NCBI GenBank assembly: GCA_013239625.1
Contig: MU053933.1
Coordinates: 932,001-996,000, forward strand
Reading direction: 5' to 3'
Length of the DNA stretch: 64,000 nt
DNA from: Lama guanicoe
Taxonomy: Eukaryota
The notes beneath the pieces are model-generated. The model did no database searches. It worked only from the letters and a program-made list of their open reading frames with translations, and had not been told where the DNA came from. Numbering within the stretch: the stretch's first letter is position 1; each line of letters starts with the position of its first letter. The position numbers and the translations under genes were made by a program. Below are positions 13,451 through 27,364 of the stretch, piece by piece.

Positions 13451-16419
13451 AGGACCATTAGCAGTGTAACCTAAAACCAGAGGTGCAGAATTCAGCCTCA
13501 ACTTGTTCACACAGGAGGCCGCTTGGGCACTGGTGTCCCCTGATCTGATGGACAGGTCCTGTGCTCACGGCTGGAACACAGAGGAACTGCCCTGGGTCCT
13601 GCCCACAACGACCTCGCCTTCCAAAGACTTCCCTCCATGTCAGAGTGAGATCAAATGGATCATTTCACCTATCAAAGTGTTTGAAATACTGCGTGGTGAC
13701 CCTGTTAACTGATACGTATTTATGCTGATGCAACCCCGGTTTTCACTGCACTTTGGATGTTGCTGGACATGGCTGGTAACCAATACAGGGAGGTCGGTTA
13801 GAGCGATCGGAGCTTTGTGCGTTTGTGCTTTGCGACGGCCATCCCAAGTTGTATGTCCCCGTGTCCGAACACGCGAACCACCCAGAGGTGATCACGTGTT
13901 GAAGTTCAGGCCGCATGTCTTCAGTGCCTCTTGCTTGTGAACATGGCCTTTGAGGGGTCAAGGAGGAGCCTCCTTGTCTCCAGGGAGGACACCCGTGAGT
14001 TTCGAGGGGCCCCTCCTGTCATCTCAGCTGCCACTTAACTGAGCACCTCATGCACCCCAGGGCTCTGGATGTCAGGGTGAATCCTCCTAAAACCCTAAGT
14101 GGCCTCACTCTGCAGGTGAAGAGTCAGAGCCTCAGAAAGACTGAGAAACCTGCTCTGGGTCATGCTGGCAAGAGGGGAAGCTGAAAGTAAACCCAGCTCC
14201 CTGGCTCCTCCCCACCCACTCCTCTACCCTGCTCATGCTTTGAGCAGCGCACAACCCTGACACCAGCCAAGGGCGACCCTGGGGATGTGAGACAGTGGGA
14301 ACCCCTCAGGCTCCAGCCACCCCAGGGCCCACCCAGGCAGACAGAGCCGCTAAGAGCAGCCACTCCCGAGGTGACCGTGCTGACCATCCTCATTGCAGAC
14401 CCCCCGTGCCCTGATGGCCAAAGAGTTAGTGTAGTAATTTGCACAGTTTTAGCAACTGAACTGTTTTTTCCTCAAAAATTTTCACATACAATCCTAATAT
14501 GTAAAGCTTATACACACAGTTAAGTGGCATGTCGTAGTGCCCTGCTATTCTATACATTCAAACTTGTAGCGCCCACTAGAGAATTACTGGGAACAGACAG
14601 GGTCCTTGTGTGAGCACTGAGTTTGGAATTAGGGGTTCGGGGGGCAGCCGCAGGCTCACGTTGGCCTCAGCATCATCAGCCTCAGTTTGTTGTACTGGTC
14701 TCCCGAACGCTGCCAGAGGAGGGCCCTGGCTTGCCCCGGCCTGTGGCCGTGGGCGGGACACTCAGGGCTCAGGACAGCAGTCATGGGCAGCTGTCTGGGT
14801 GCCGACCTGGTGGACCTGAGCCCTGAGATGCCGTGTCCCTTCTCAAACGTGTTGATACTTCGGTCATTACGGCTGAGTACTCGCTTTATCATTGGTGCCT
14901 AAGAGTGTACACGTGAATCTACTTAAAGAGAGGGTATCTGAACCCAGGGCTGGCCGACCACCACCCCTTGCCCCCGACCAAGGCAGCGCTGGTCGACCAG
15001 AACTCCCTCCCCAAGTCTGGGGTACAGCTCCCCTCCCCCTCCCCAGCTGGTCTCACCCCGCCTCCCGGTCTGGACCCCACAGGGCCCCTGCCAGGCTCTC
15101 TGCAGCCCCCTCGGGAGGACTCCACACCCTTCTTGGAGGGGTCGGGAAGATGCGTGGGTCCAAAGGGCATTCAGCTAAGATCTGGAGCTGCAGACAGCCT
15201 TTAACAGCCGTCCCTCTAGCAGGAAGCCCCAGCACGTGAATGGCAGGCCCAGGACTCAGCAGGACTGCGGGTGGGAGCGGCCTCCCTGCTGCCCTCGGTC
15301 TGCACGGCCTCGGCCCCCTCGGGGCCACGGTGGAGCCCTCCAGCCCTGTCCTCGGTCAGCGGCTCGGCCTGCGTCCCTGCAGCACACGGGCCCGTGGGGG
15401 CTGTGTCCGTGTGCATGCCTGCAGGAGCCGTCCCTCCACCCGCACATCTCTGCCCACCCTCCCCGCTCTGATGATCCCCCCACGCCTCCTGCTCACGCTC
15501 CCCTCCCCCAGCTCCCAGGCAGATGCTGTTTAAAGTCTGATTTTTGTCCTCTGGTTAACTGGTGCTTCATTTTCTCATCACTTGGCTGAATGCCAAAGAG
15601 TATTCTTTCCAAATGAAAACAGTAAAGACCCTCTTTTCCCCTCTCGTAGGGATTCGATGGAAAGGCAGCTCTGCCCACCGTTCGAGGGCAGGTTCCTAAG
15701 GTAGTTCTTGTGTCAGTTACTAACCTCAGCTTCCAGATGGAGACAGCGCCTTTCTGGGTCGTCAAAGCCCTGCATGTTCATCGCAGGATGTTTGAAAAGT
15801 ACAGAGCTGTGTAGAAAAGAAAGGGACCCGCGACCCCGCCAGACGGGGGCCCCACGCTCGTGTTTCCCGACCTCCCCTCCTGGTGTTGTCTTCAGGGGGA
15901 GAGAGGGAATAGCTTTCTTGTACGAAATCTTTTATTTTGATCGTTTCCACTCGTTGCACCAGCAGCGTTCACAAACATGATTTCAGTGCCTATATAATGT
16001 CCCAGCATGGAGACCTATTAAAATGCAATCATTTCATTATTTTGAGACATTTAGCTTAATTCCACTTCTCTGCAGTAACTAAGAGAAGAGGGAACCCCGC
16101 CCCCACCGCCTGGCCCAGCTCTTCGCTCGCAAAGCGGCTGGCCGTGCGGGGCCGTGGGCTGGGCCTGAAGCCGGGAGGTGCCTGGAACTCTGCCTGGCAC
16201 TTAATAAATGCTCTTATTACTGTGTTTGCTGGTATTATTTTCTTAAGAGCAGTTTCAGGAAACGGGATTCTGGGTCAAAGGGCACACCTTTGGCCACACG
16301 GCTTCCCGGCAGGGCCCCATGGGCACACATTCCCTTTCAAGCGTCTCCCCCCTCCCCCAGCCAGAGTTGGTGACTTCACTTTATTCAGAGAAGCTCTTGG
16401 GATTAGCATGCAGTTGTGA

Positions 16420-16952
16420 CCAGTACCGCAGAGAGATCAACTCACCTCTCACCCCGTCTCCCCCACGTAACGTCCTGTGAAACCTCAGCACAGGACGGCT
16501 GCCAGGCTGTTACCATGAGCCCTGTCCTCCACCTCACTCAGACTGTCCAGTTTTACTGTGCTCACTGGAGTGTGTCTGTTGAACTCTGTGCAGTTCAATC
16601 ACACATGCAGCATCTCGTGTCCACCGCCGTGGTCATGGGCATGGTAGAGAACAGTTCCACCCGCTCTGTCCCCACGCCCACCTCCTCCTCCACCCACCCC
16701 GTGCTCGCGCACCCCGGCCCCCACGCTGTCTGTTCTCCATCTCTGAAACCGTGCCATTTCAGGAATGTCGTGTGAATGGAACCGCACAGGATGTAGCCTT
16801 TTGGGGACTGGCTTTTATTCGCTCAGCATAAATCCCTCAGACCCATCTCGGCTGTTTCTTGGCTCTGTGACTCATCCATGGTGTGGACGGACCAGAGTTT
16901 GTTTAGCACTCACCTCTGGAAGGGCATCTGGGTTGCTTCCAGGTTTGGGCAA
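16420..16952 (-). mobile_element. Old L1 (L1MC-like) 3' fragment
   Basis: TGTTCTCCATCTCTG...CATTTCAGGAATGT...GACTGGCTTTTATTCGCTCAGCATAA...GGGCATCTGGGTTGCTTCCAGGTTTGGGCAAT. Confidence 0.75.
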
Positions 16953-19900
16953 TCCATCACTTTCTCATTCTTGCCAATTTGATTACTTGCTTTCAATTTC
17001 TAGGAGGCCAGTAGGGTGATTTTGAGACATCAGTGCCCTAGTTTCGTTGGGTGGAGATTTCTGTTGTCAGCTTGACACTTATAATGAACCATCATCATCA
17101 TCACGTTATAAGAGTAAGCAAAAGTATGAAGAAGTGTTAATGCTGAGGTTTTAAGATGCTCAGGGGGCTGAAATCAAGAACCACCATGAACGAGCGAGGA
17201 GGGGGCCAGAATGAACGTCACTGGAGTCCAGTTCTAATCACCGGAGGAAGGAAGACAGAGCCAGGTCCCCGCATGGAGGAACAGAGCTCGCCATGTCTCC
17301 GTGGGAAGGACGGCTGGATGGGGAAGAAAAGTGCTTCCCTCCCCTTCCTCCTTTGGGACCTCAGGCTCCCAGTGTCTGCAGCACCAGGCTGCCACCTTCA
17401 GCTGTCACCGTTTAAAATCGCTTTAGGGAAAGATCGCAGAAGAATTACTATGAGGACGTTTTTACCCGAGATTTGTCACCCCAAGTTGAGAGATGCTCTG
17501 TGAACGTCGTTGCTAAGGCAGTTGAATAAAAAGTCTCACAGTCGGTGTGAGCAGAAGCAGCAAGACAACGGCCGCAGTTGCGCGTTTTACAACAGCCAGG
17601 CCAACAGCACAGCTCGCCTGACACGGATAGCTTTCAGTGACGTGGAAGAGGAACACATGTTTTCTGTGATCTTGAAAGGGCAGTCGTGCCATCCTGGTTG
17701 ACCAGCTTCATGAGACGTCTCCCTGGTGAAAAAGATCGTAGCCAGCCCCGCAGAGAAAACTCCCCGGGACACGCGGCTTCCTGAGCAGCCTCAGTCGTCC
17801 CCACCCTGCTGGTCCCTGGTCCCTCCCAACACCCACAGACTGAACTTGGCCTCTGTGATAGTGGTGGCTCTTGTCTTTCCCAGCCTGCAAATCCCAACCC
17901 AAACCTAAGTTGCCACTCTGTTATCTTACTTGTCCGGGACGGGGAGCACTTCCCAACGTAGCGCCACAAAGATCTGCGTGAGAAAGCTGCCGGTTCCGTG
18001 GTCGCTGACTTCGTGCCAGGCCAAACTCGAATCCCACAAACCCAGCAAGAGTGCTCTCCGCAGCTGCAAGGAAGTGCCTGGGACAGAAATAGGAAACCCA
18101 GCGCGGGTTCTTCTCTGCGTCCAGGCACCGAGCTGGGGAGGGGCGCTCATCCCAGCCCCGGTGCGTAGAGGCTGGGGCTCCGCTCTGACTACTGCCGTCC
18201 CGCACAGGCTCCCAGTTCCTCGGAGGAGGAAGTCATGTTCTCTGCAGCCACTGCCAACCACATCTGGGCTGAACAGACGGGAAACGGCCAGAGTGAACGG
18301 GGCCGGGGTCATGAGGCGCTGTTTCCACAGGTGGAGCCCACATGAAAGGACACTATACCCGATCTTTCTCATGTCCAAGCATCCACAGGGCGGCCCTCTC
18401 CCCGCAGCCAGGCTCATTCTGTGCCTGGACCACGGAGGCCCGGCACTGGCGGCCACCCCCACGGCTCCTCGGTGCCCCGCCTTGAAGAGGGGGAGGCCAG
18501 AAGCCAAAGGACAGCAGGTGATGGGCATTAAGACCAGCGTGTCTTGACACTTTCTTGTTAATAGTTTCCACCTGTGTGAATTCGCCCATGACTATTAAGG
18601 CATGCGTGTCGGGGGCTTAATCCTCAAGTGTGTGCTGCAGAACTCAGAACTGGTACCTGGCAGGGATGGAAACAGCGTCTCTGCACCGTCAGCCAGTGTT
18701 CCGACCCTGGCCAGCTGCCCCAGGCTCTGGGCACAGGGACAGAGCAAGACTTGGCTCTGGGGCTGACACTGACCAGGGAGTTAGCCACAACCATCGTGGG
18801 TGGACATGGAAGCAGGCACTGGCTGGCCACGTACCATGGTCAGGGACGCACGGAGGACGGCTGGGAGTGGAGTCGGGATGCTGGGGACGGGGTGCACACC
18901 AGCCCTTCCCTCCTGAGGCCTGCGGTGGTGCCTGAGCTGTGGGAAGCCGCTGTGCACCCCAGTCCAGCAGCTTCCCTGCAACAGAGTTTGCTGCCAAATT
19001 GAAGAATAAGTCACCAGAGGTATCTCACTGGATCAGTCCCTCCAAACTGAAAAATGGGACGCGTCGGGCTTAATTCTGCACCTTTCAGGTTCCCCAAAAC
19101 ACGTCAATTGGGAAACGGATTTAAGGGGCCCTGGCAGCGCCCCACGGGCCGATGGTGAGGATGCAGGGCCCTCTCAGGAGATGGGAGACCCTCCCAGAAA
19201 AGGTCAGAAGTGGGGGGCTGCCCCTGTCTGTGGGGAACACCTCGGGGCCTCCGCTGGTCCCGCTGCAGCCTGGAGCCCGGCCCTGCCGCTGCTGGCGTGG
19301 CCTGTGCCCTACTTCCCGTCCAGGGCACGCCCCTCGGGGATCGGTTTCCACTCCAGAGCATCTCAGCCGCCCCCTGTTCACACGGGTCTCCTCTCCCTGC
19401 ACGATGTCCTCACACTGAAACACGTAGCTGCGTTTCCTGGCCTAAAGTCCCGTTTGAAACCTCTCCCAGGGAGCATGGAAACCCTTTCATCCTGGCTGGG
19501 TTTGCGGGAAGACCGCAGATTGCCCTCCAGGAGCCCTGGCTGGGCGGTGATCAAATCTCCATCCTCTAAGCTCGTAACGGGAAACTCGATTACCTGGAGC
19601 TGCCTGGAGGCCATCCGTCCTCCTGCCTCTCCACACGCAGACAGCGGCGTGTGGCTGGACCACGGGACCTCAGGGGCTGATTTCTGCATCCTCCTCCCTC
19701 CACGAGCCTCTGAACTGGGCGTCCAGGGGAGAGAGGGAAGCAGTAGAATCTCGTCCCTGGAAGAGGCCTCTGGACTCAGGATGGACGAGAAGTCACTCCC
19801 AGGCCTTTAGAAGCTGCCGTCCTGTCTCTTTAGCCCTGAGGCCGCCTGGCCGTGGAGGGCGGCGCTCTGACCATCTGCTCCCCAGTCACCAGCCCTGCTT

Positions 19901-22900
19901 CACCACGTGTGTTGGCGGCGCTGCGTTTGTTTTAGTTTGTTGGTGTTATTTTCCTTTTTCCTTTTTCTGTTTTTTCTTGTTTTTTTCCTTTATTTTTAAG
20001 GGTTTTTTTGTTTGGAGGTGCTTTTGATACCAAGAAACAGAAACATGCTTGTGCCAACTCCAGACCAGGGGCTCTCCTGCCCGCTGCTCCCCTCCCTCCC
20101 ACAGCCCCCCCCACTGCTGTCCCTTGTGGGTGGCCCAGGGCGGTCAGCCCAGGGCAGCCTCCCCGTGACCCTGCAGCTCACTCCAGTTGCCGCCAGTTCT
20201 GAGTAGCTCAGTAAATTTCTCAGGAGGCAAGGTGAGTGTGTACTGGCCGGACAGTCGTAGGTCAGGCTGCGGGGAAGGCCAGGGCTCTAGAGAGCGTGCG
20301 GGGCAGCCAGCTGGTGGAGGCTTCCTGTGCTGTGAGGGGTGTGGCTTGGCCACTGCAGTCCCCGGGTCTCACTCTTGAATCCCCACTTGTAAGGACAGGC
20401 CTAGAGGACGTCTTTCAGAAAGGTCCCCACCCAGCAGTCTGGCTGGGAGGGCACAGCCCTGACCAGAGCCCCGGGTCCTGTGTCCTGGGCTGCCCCACGG
20501 GGATGGTTCAAGGCCAGTCCCAAGCCAGAAGGTCCAGGCACCAGGTGTGCTCTGGCGATGCTCACCTCCCTCCCCAGCCGCCAGCCCCCTGCAAAGTCCC
20601 AGGCCCATCCTGCTGTGGGCTGTGGCCGCACAGCCTGGGAGCCCCTGCCCTGGCCTCCGTCCCTGCCTTTCTGGAGTCACGTGTTCCCCGCCCACCAAGA
20701 AACAGGGCAAGGGAAGGAGCTGGGTTAGACGGTCTTTCTTCAAGCTCTGTAAACCCTGCAGACTGTAAATTGGAAGTCCTACTAATATAAAACTGGGAGC
20801 CACAGTGTGGCCAAAAGTCATTTTGGGTGTATTTGGCAACTTGAAAGCCCCCTGGAGACGTCCATCCACAGTCAGGATTTTAGAGCCAGCGGGGACTGAG
20901 GTTCACAGGCGGCTGCAATGGTGTGAAACTGAACTTTGTGCTAAAGGGGTGGTGTCCTGAGTGCTCTGTGCAGACACATTTCCCTCACGTGTTGCTCATC
21001 ACAGCCCTGAGGGGCAGGTGGAGCTGACGTGATGGACCCCCTTTACAGAAAAGCAAACCGAGGCCTCGGGTGGTGATGGGCTGGCCCACAGCAGCGGGCA
21101 GCAGGCGGAGACCAGGGACAAGGTGAGGCACAGGACCCCCACTCTTGCCCCAACACCATCGCTGTTAGAGGCTGGTTTGAATACAGACGTTACACACCGT
21201 GCAAAGCCCGGGAGTCGGAGCTGTTTCGGTGATGGGTAGACGCTGGACAGAGGGAGGCCTGGGATGCAAGGCTGTCTTCCTGACCACTTGCTCCCGGCCC
21301 CTGGGAGCCTCGGACACTCCGTGTGCCTGTTTCCTCATGGAGAGCCCTCAGAACGGGCTGGGTGGGTGGCTGGTGCCCCGTGAGCATCCTTCATCCAGCA
21401 ATGCAGGCAGCAGGAAGGTTCCAGACGCTCAAGTTCCCTCCGACATTCAGAGACCCCACTGACTGTGAGGAAACATTAACATCCAGCAGAGAGCAGGCCT
21501 TGGTTCTCATCTGTTTCCTTTGTCTTGCTTTAACGCCGCGGCGCTGCCAGTCGGCGCACATGGAGGACGTCGGGGGGTCCACTGTGCTTGCTGATGAGCC
21601 CCAGCCCGCTTCGCCTCCGGCTGGATGGCCATACAAAATCTGTGTTTCTCCGTTAATCTTGCTGCCTCCACATCTCACGTTTAAATATCATTTCACTGAC
21701 GCTTCCTCCCGCCCCCAGTCTTTGGTTCTGGATAAAGAATTTGCAAAATGATTCAACCTGTGAACAAAAAGCCTTGTGCCCTCCGGCCAGGCTGCAGTGG
21801 GGTCTCCCCAGGCCCACCAGGCACTTGTGCTGCAGGGGCTGCTTTCCCACTGCTGACGCCGGCGGAGACCTGGGCGGTCCCGGCGCTCCCCACCGAGGGC
21901 CCCGGTGTCGCCCCTCCAGCTCCTCACCGGCTAGCCCTAACAAAGGCTCCCGAACTAACTAGATAAATAAGACAAGGGCGTGATTCTCACTGACGGAAAA
22001 TGGCCACACGTCAAAGATCGTTTTACCTAGCTTGTCAGCTGAACAAGGGCGCCAGTAAGATTTACAACCAGTTCAAAAGAGAAATCAAAGAACCTACATT
22101 TCTGTGCAGTAGAGGAATGTTGGCATGGATTTACAGACGGACACAGCGTGGTTCTCCGCTGTGATGAAAGACACCCGTGTCGTCTTTTCTGCTTGTTCCC
22201 GATTTCCTTGCAGCCCCCAGCCTGTCATCAAGGCTAGTCTCAAAGAAAGGCTGTCCTGGGTCAGGAGGGAGGCTGGCCCCACTGGGTTTGGCCGGGTGGG
22301 TTACACCAGGCAGCAAGCATGCCGGCCGGCCCGTGGGCCCTCCTGGGCTTGCTTGGCTGCAAGACTTCATAATTGGACTTCTTAAAGCATCTATTATTTG
22401 GTGTCCTGAGGCTAAGAAGGCATTACAAAAGGCTCTCCTCCAGGTTTCATCTGCAGTGCTTACAAATGTAGGCAAACTCATCTCTTGTCAAGGCCCCGGA
22501 ATATTCCAAGACTCTGGCCTTTCTTCCCACCCAGACGGCTGGGCACCTGGGGGCCAGGTTCCAGGGCAGTCCCCTGGCCTTGTCGTCACGCTCAGCATCT
22601 TCCACGTCTGGTGGTGACCTGCAGCCACCTGACCCTTTGCTGGAAGTCTCGGGGCAGATCAAGAGTGTTCACAGAGCTCTCCTGCCCTCCCCCTCGGCCC
22701 ACCCCTGCTGGGGTCTGTGATAAACCCACAGAACCAGCCTGCGCCAAGTCGAAATGAACTTCACTAACGTTCAAGTGGGAAAGTCAGAAACGGCCTCACA
22801 GCGGTGGGTGCATGGCCAGGACCCCACACCGGCCCCATCTCGGGCACAGCCCAGAGAGCCCAGGGGGGAGCTGAGGTCTGTGCTGATGTGCTGGGGGTGC

Positions 22901-24345
22901 GCTGCCCTGAAAACGCAGGCGTGAGAGGAGAGGTCGGGTGAAGGAAGACGCCTCTGGCTGGTGGGGGGGTGCTCTGCAGAGAAGCTGCCAGAGCACAGAG
23001 GGAGGGGGACCTCTGAGCAGGGTGCAGAGCTGAGGGCCCGGGAGGGGCACCCCTGGACCAGAGTGAACCTGGGGAGGCTGGGGGGTCACACGCTTCAGGG
23101 ACAAAGCCCAGAGCCTCAGGTGCCCACGAGGAGGTGGGCCTTCTCCTGTGGGCGAGCGACGCCCAACCAGGTCTGAGTTCTGGAAACCGAGGCTGGGAGC
23201 TGGGGCGAGGCTGGGAGCCGGGCGGGGCCGGCGCGGAGGCAGGCTGGGCTGCGGGGCGGCCAGTGCAGACCAGCGGCCCATCACGGAGGGTGCGGGCTCT
23301 ACGGGGAGAAAGCGCGCAGGCCTGGGGGCGGGCTGGCGGCATCCCGGCGTTGCCAGCCCAGCCGCACACAGGAGGCCGCGGTAGTCAGGGAGAGGCTGCG
23401 TTTGCCGGGGAAATGTCTGCTGGCTCTGTTTCACCGTTTCCAGTTTAAAAAAAAAAAAAAACGATGCAAACTGATCTTCACTGAGAACACGGTGCTCTGG
23501 GCACTGAGAAATAACCACTCTCCTCGGGCTTGGCTCTTCCACACCCAGGGAGTCCTGCTGACGAGCAGAGAGGGACCTTACAGCAGTTAGCCCGGGAAAG
23601 GGAAATGTCTGTTGTGACGGAAAGTGGGGCCTTGGCGTGGACCGTCCCCAGCGCTGCCCGGCCTTGGAGGCCAGTGCCCCTCACCATGCTTGAAACCTCT
23701 CCCAGGAAGGGCTTCCCGAGCCGAGATTCACAGTCGGGGCCCCTTGGACAAAGGATGCTGAGACAAACGCGTGTGCCTCCTGTCCGGCCAGGACTGGACA
23801 CCCCGGCCGTGCGCACAGCTGCCTCCTGTGAGGTCGGTTCACTGTGCAGGCCGGCGGCCACACTGGATGCTTCTCATTGTGACTCCCTCTGATTCAGTCG
23901 GACAACCTCAGCCCCAAATCCTAAAAGGCAATCTTTTTAAGCTAATGACTTTAAAATATTTTTAACGCAATGGCCCCCAGAGGTTGTTGGAGCCCCCCAG
24001 CAGTATGATATCACGCAGCCGAGGTGGTCAGCGGTGCGTCAGATGTCACCACGGTGGACGGGGGGCACCAGTGACCACACCTGCAGGTGCACTTACGTGG
24101 GCAACAGCTCTGTTTTTCACAACTCTTTTCAGTGAACAAAAGCATGAAGTTTTTCTCAACCTATGTAAATCAGCTAAGTGGAAAGATGTGTAACATTTCA
24201 ATGCCCACGGCTTTTCTGTTTTGTCTTGTAAAAATTAACCTGCAGGTCAGTCAGGCCCAGGGAGAAAGCTCTAGAATCTGAGATCACCGTGGAAACAGCT
24301 GCCCAGCTCTGCCACTCCTCACGGCCTGCTGCTTCTGTTTTGTAG

Positions 24346-24416
24346 GTGGTCTTTAGCAAGTACTGCAACTCCAGCGACATCATGGACCTGTTCTGCATCG
24401 CCACTGGCCTGCCTCG
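24346..24416 (+). CDS. PDE9A: PDE9A coding exon (human exon 2 equivalent), 71 nt, [23 protein letters not shown](R)
   Basis: Polypyrimidine tract + TTTTGTAG acceptor ending 24345; donor GTGAGT at 24417; phase 0 to phase 2. Translation matches recalled human PDE9A N-terminus [24 protein letters not shown]. Confidence 0.96.
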
Positions 24417-25715
24417 GTGAGTGCCTGGCGGCGTCCCCACCAGGGGGACAGACGCCTTCACATCCACCTTGAGGGGAAGGTACCTGGGAGGCGAGCCGCT
24501 GACTCTAGGGGACGAGCAGTGGGTAGGAGCCCAGTGCGTTCAGCTCCCACCTTGCACGTGGGACCTTTGAAACTGGTGAATGAGACCCTGGAGGTTTTGG
24601 CCACAGCTGCCCCCTGCCCGCCAACAGCCTGGGCCATGTGGAGGGAACGGAATTAGGCAGAAACTAGTCTTAAGAGTATCTTTTTTCTTTCTTTCATTTA
24701 TTCCTTTGCTTTGAGACAAAGCATAAAGGAGGGTGGTGATGTTTGGGCTCTGGTCCCTCAGCCCCAAACCATCCAGCAGGGGTCTTTTCTATCTCAGTGA
24801 GCCGTAGGGTCATCACAGATCAACGTTTAAGAAAAGACCAATGTCAGAAATTAGGTTGAAAAGACCAGGAATCTACCTTACAGAACCATAAGAATTCCAG
24901 AGGAGTTACCTTCCCAAATCAGCAGTTTGTTCGAGCAAATAGATTTTTCTCTCCTAACTTCCCAGCTCTAGAGGGTGACCCGGAGAAGCTCTGGCCTGCA
25001 GTTAACTTTAAAGTTATGCTCCAGGTCAGGAGAACGAGAGGGAAGGACGGCAGGAGGCTTTCAGAGTCGGCTGAGAAGAAGGAGACTCAGGGATGAAATG
25101 ACGGTCTGAAATCACAGCAGGTGGCAGTTCGTAGCCGCAACACACAGCCTACAGCTGGGGGCGTCTTTTACTAAGCATTTATTTTAAGAAATAAATACAT
25201 ACGATTCTTTAGACCAGCCCTGGGATTCAGGTGTCACCCCCACTGCACAGATTTTAAAGCCACAACTGAAGACGCAAGAGCTAAGTCACGTGGGGACGAC
25301 GACACCTCGCAGGAGGGCCGCCAGGGACGAGGGCGGAGGCAGGTTCAGCCTCTCCACGGAGAGGGTATGCCTGTTTCGGTGGGCTCCCACGGGGAATGGA
25401 GGAGCAAGGCAGACCCTGAATTCGTCATTGGCTGATGGAAATAGTCGCTCCTACTTTACCAGTTTTATTTAATCTTCCAAATCAACAAGTTAGACTTTCC
25501 AGTTCCCATCTGAACGACCCACGCGTTGACAGACTTAGGCATGCAGCCACTTGCCTTTGCCTCCAGCTGGAGGGCTGGCGTCCTGGGGATGCCTCCCCAC
25601 GGCCCTTTGGATGGGGCGGGCCTGGTGCCCGCGCCTACCTGCGGGAGGCCCAGAGTCGAGTGTGCACCCAGGGGACGGCCACGGGGTGAAGACACCGGCT
25701 CTCCCTGTCTTCCAG

Positions 25716-25793
25716 GAACACGACCATCTCCCTCCTGACCACGGACGACGCCATGGTCTCCATCGACCCCACCATGCCCGCCAATTCAGAACG
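25716..25793 (+). CDS. PDE9A: PDE9A coding exon (exon 3 equivalent), 78 nt, [25 protein letters not shown](R)
   Basis: CTCCCTGTCTTCCAG acceptor; GTAAGC donor at 25794; symmetric phase 2-2; in frame with the previous exon; peptide matches recalled PDE9A. Confidence 0.96.
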
Positions 25794-27364
25794 GTAAGCG
25801 GCCGCGGGACGACCTGCTCACGCTCGTGGTGTGTCTTTCGCCTCCCTGCCCACGCGGGAGGGCCTCCATGGTTGTTTCTTTAATTTACGGCGGCAGGAAG
25901 ATCTGAATTTAACCGAACGTGGGAGGTTGGGGCTGGGGGGCTCTGTGAAGGGGGCTGTTGATTCCTTTGCAGAACTCATCCCTTTCCAAGAAAGTAGCAG
26001 CTACAAGACGGGCAGGGACCTCCCCAAGGGCTCCACGTTTGGTTCTCAGCAAGAGCCCTAGGAGGCATTTACAGATGGGGAAACTGAGGCACTGAGTGGG
26101 CTGTCCCACCACCCATCAGAAAGGGCTGCAGGAGATTCCCTGAGCAGACCCCCTGGGCGACCCACGGGGGCCAGTCCTGGAGCTGCCCCGCCCAGGACAG
26201 GGATGGGGGGCTGGGGGCCCGAGGAGCAGAACCGGGGGAGGCCTGGCGGGCGAGAGGCTCAGGCAGTAAACGCTTCTGTGAACGTGTGTGAAACCAACCC
26301 AGCCATAGTAGCTGGAGGAAGGACAAGGACTCCAGTGGGTGCCTGGCCCCTCTGCCCGGCTGCCCGCAAGGTCCCCGGCGGTCCCCTTCATACTTACAGC
26401 TGGGCCGGCAGAACTCAGACGGGGTCCTCTGTAAGCCGGGGTCAGGGCATGGCTGGGGGTGGGGTGCCCCTCCCGCTTCTCCCTGAACCCCCCTCTGGGG
26501 ACACATGTCAGTCCAGCCATCGGGCTGTGCTGCCCAGCTGCACCAGGCCAGCTGCCCCTGCAGAGCAAGCGTGCACCAGGCAGGCCCCTACACGTCCCAG
26601 CCACTGAGGGGCCCTGGCTGCCTAAGGGCAGCAGGGAAACATTTGGGCTCTCTGTGATGCGGTGGCCTGGGACCTCTGCTGTAGACGCCCAGAAGGGTCC
26701 CCCACCCAGGTGTGTGCGCCCCTGAGCACCTGGGATGGGTACCTGCTCTCCTTCCACTGCCCCTGGAAGCTGCTGTCAGCCATCCTCGCCAGGCTGGGTG
26801 TGGGATGCCCCGCCCGGGCAAGGGCACAAGACCGCAGGAGCACTGCCAGGCTTCAACGGGTAAAGCCAGGCAAGCCACAAACCCTAGGACGTCTCAGCAG
26901 CCTCCGCTGTCCTTGGAGCTCGGCGGTGGGCGGGAGCAGTGTCCTTCCCCACGCACCCGCGGCCAGGCCTCCTCCCCTCCCGCTGCGCCTGTCAGTCTCC
27001 TGAATTTTTAATTTCGTCATCAGGAGCTTCTGCCCTGAAGCTCTGGCTCTGATGATGCTCAGATTATGGGCTCTGGGCCCCGGAAGGAGCCATGCTGATT
27101 GAATCCACAGACACTCCAGTGAGGGTGTTATAAATTACGGCACAAGCTCCGACCTGACCCGGATCTTTATTCATAAGGAAGTCACAGGCGAGCTGTCACC
27201 CTCGGCATGCAAAAGATGAGATGCTGTCGTCAGAGGGGAAGCGCCCCGTTGTACAAGCCGGCCTCTGATGGTGCAGACCTGCACTTTTCCTGAGTTAATT
27301 TCAACAGTTTGTGGTTTGTTCCCATTCTGTCCCTTCTTCATGTCTGGTTTGGCACTTTAGTCTG

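Noticed and set aside
12507..13469. His/Thr-rich and Gly/Val-rich ORFs; possible CRISPR-like array
   Set aside because: These are translations of the GGT/GAT minisatellite. The units are contiguous with no unique spacers, there are no cas genes, and the context is mammalian.
8..24300. Many overlapping 60-270 aa ORFs on both strands
   Set aside because: Pro/Gly/Ala/Arg-rich, overlapping in all frames, often GTG/TTG starts and no recognisable domains; expected from stop-poor GC-rich intron DNA.
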